DNA of 64,000 nucleotides from Pelagibaculum spongiae (GTDB lineage Bacteria; Pseudomonadota; Gammaproteobacteria; Enterobacterales; Pelagibaculaceae): NCBI RefSeq assembly GCF_003097315.1, contig NZ_QDDL01000010.1, positions 41,969 to 105,968 of the forward strand, read 5' to 3'. Shown piece by piece: positions 62,497 to 64,000 of this stretch (position 1 is its first letter; each line of letters starts with the position of its first letter). The notes under the pieces were generated by a model. It saw only the letters and a program-made list of their open reading frames with translations, ran no database searches and was not told where the DNA came from. The position numbers and the translations under genes were made by a program.

Positions 62497-63900
62497 TTAT
62501 ATAGTAATCACTTGACTCAAACCATCGAGCAATTTCTGGTGAATACCACCAAAGCCGCCATTACTCATCACTAAAATCGCATCACCTGGTTGCGCCAGCT
62601 GACAAACTTTCTTAACTAACTCATCAACTTTTTCACTGACTTCAACCGAAGCCAAGTCTGACATATTATCTTGCAACGACCAGTTAATATTATCTGGTTG
62701 AAATAAAAACACCGCATCAGCTTGCTGTAAACTGCCCGCCAAAGTGTTTTTGTGTACACCTAATCTCATAGTATTTGAGCGGGGCTCTAACACTGCTAAT
62801 AACCGCCCTACTTTATTACCATTGGTTTTAGCTCGGCTATTTAAGCGCTGCTTCAAACCATCAATAGTGGTTTCGATTGCACTCGGGTGATGGGCAAAAT
62901 CGTCATAGACTTCAATTTGCCTAATCGTGCCGCGTAATTCCATACGCCGCTTAGGCGCTTTAAAACTAGCAAGCGACTGAATGGCTTGCTGTGGACGAAT
63001 GCCAATATGCCGAGCCGCCGCTAATGCAGCCAATCCATTTTGAACATTGTGTCGGCCAAATTGCTGCCAGCTAACCTCGCCGACTAACTCACCATCACAC
63101 CACACTTTAAATTGACTGCCATCGGCTTGCATCAATTCAGCGCGCCATTGGCTGGAGTCAGAACCAAAGTATTCCACCTCACTCCAACATCCGGCTTCTA
63201 ATACTCGAGTTAGCGCTGGGCCACCGGCTTTCTTTTCTGCTGCAACAATCACTCGGCCTGTGCTGGGCACAATTCTCAGCAAATGCTGAAACTGGCGCTC
63301 AATCGCCGCTAGATCAGGGAAGATGTCGGCATGATCAAACTCAAGATTGTTCAGAATAAGGGTACGCGGAAGGTAATGAACAAATTTAGAGCGCTTGTCG
63401 AAGAAAGCACTGTCGTATTCATCGGCTTCTATAACAAAGAAATCGGATTCACCCAACCGGGCTGACACATCAAAATTACCCGGAACACCACCAATCAAAT
63501 AACCCGGATTAAAACCAGCATCTTCCAATAACCAGCTCAGCATACCCGATGTAGTGGTTTTGCCATGGGTGCCAGCCACCGCCAATACCCAACGTTTTTG
63601 TAACACGGTTTCACTCAGCCATTGCGGCCCAGAAATATAACGAATCCCACGCTCCAAAACATATTCCACCGCCGGGTTACCGCGCGATAATGCGTTGCCG
63701 ATAATCACTAGGTCAGGCTCAGGATCCAGATGTTCGGGCTTGTAACCAGACATTAACTCAATACCCTGGGATTCCAACATGGTGCTCATTGGCGGCCAGA
63801 CACCGGCATCACTACCACTTACTTCATGCCCAAGTTGCTTGGCTAACACTGCCAAACCACCCATAAATGTACCGCAAATGCCTAAAATGTGGATTCTCAT
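62497..63900 (-). CDS. mpl: UDP-N-acetylmuramate:L-alanyl-gamma-D-glutamyl-meso-DAP ligase Mpl
   Basis: MRIHILGICGTFMGGLA, Mur-ligase fold. Start trimmed to MRIH. Confidence 0.9.
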   Translation of the reverse strand: MRIHILGICGTFMGGLAVLAKQLGHEVSGSDAGVWPPMSTMLESQGIELMSGYKPEHLDPEPDLVIIGNALSRGNPAVEYVLERGIRYISGPQWLSETVLQKRWVLAVAGTHGKTTTSGMLSWLLEDAGFNPGYLIGGVPGNFDVSARLGESDFFVIEADEYDSAFFDKRSKFVHYLPRTLILNNLEFDHADIFPDLAAIERQFQHLLRIVPSTGRVIVAAEKKAGGPALTRVLEAGCWSEVEYFGSDSSQWRAELMQADGSQFKVWCDGELVGEVSWQQFGRHNVQNGLAALAAARHIGIRPQQAIQSLASFKAPKRRMELRGTIRQIEVYDDFAHHPSAIETTIDGLKQRLNSRAKTNGNKVGRLLAVLEPRSNTMRLGVHKNTLAGSLQQADAVFLFQPDNINWSLQDNMSDLASVEVSEKVDELVKKVCQLAQPGDAILVMSNGGFGGIHQKLLDGLSQVITI

Positions 63901-64000
63901 CGCTATCCCTATTCGATCCGTGAGGTTGTTTTCAACAAGCAATCAATAGCGAATAGCTTATACCCAAACCACCTTAAAATGCAGGGCTCAGGTGGAATTA

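Overview
This window is a chromosomal segment from a moderately AT-rich gammaproteobacterium, probably a marine or psychrotolerant type. The core genes suggest a conserved backbone: lptFG, pepA–holC, purEK, bioA, fabV, mpl, ubiX, zur, and tandem cspA copies. An anaerobic redox block is present: a soluble NAD-reducing [NiFe] hydrogenase (hoxFUYH plus the hoxW protease) and, on the opposite strand, a Cys-type formate dehydrogenase catalytic subunit with HydB/HydG-like (AsrA/AsrB-like) electron-transfer subunits. Housekeeping, signalling and transport genes fill the rest. Several low-GC accessory islets interrupt this backbone. (1) At the left edge, a predicted SLATT-like 2TM protein followed by a 445-aa FRG-domain protein. 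This looks like an uncharacterised two-gene conflict or abortive-infection type module. (2) A 3-gene operon: yqiJ/NfeD-like membrane protein, then flotillin/SPFH, then a 1782-aa coiled-coil protein with an embedded MoxR/dynein-like AAA+ core, with creA downstream. (3) An insertion into the 3' end of a PNPOx-like gene, bracketed by a ~315-bp direct duplication and carrying an orphan ORF plus an IS4-family transposase remnant. (4) A YopT/C58-like papain-fold peptidase candidate with a two-TM partner. (5) A HAD-family gene preceded by a 24-bp x4 palindrome-containing tandem repeat. (6) An orphan 273-aa gene between ubiX and mpl. All functional calls rest on motif recognition by eye. No database searches were run.
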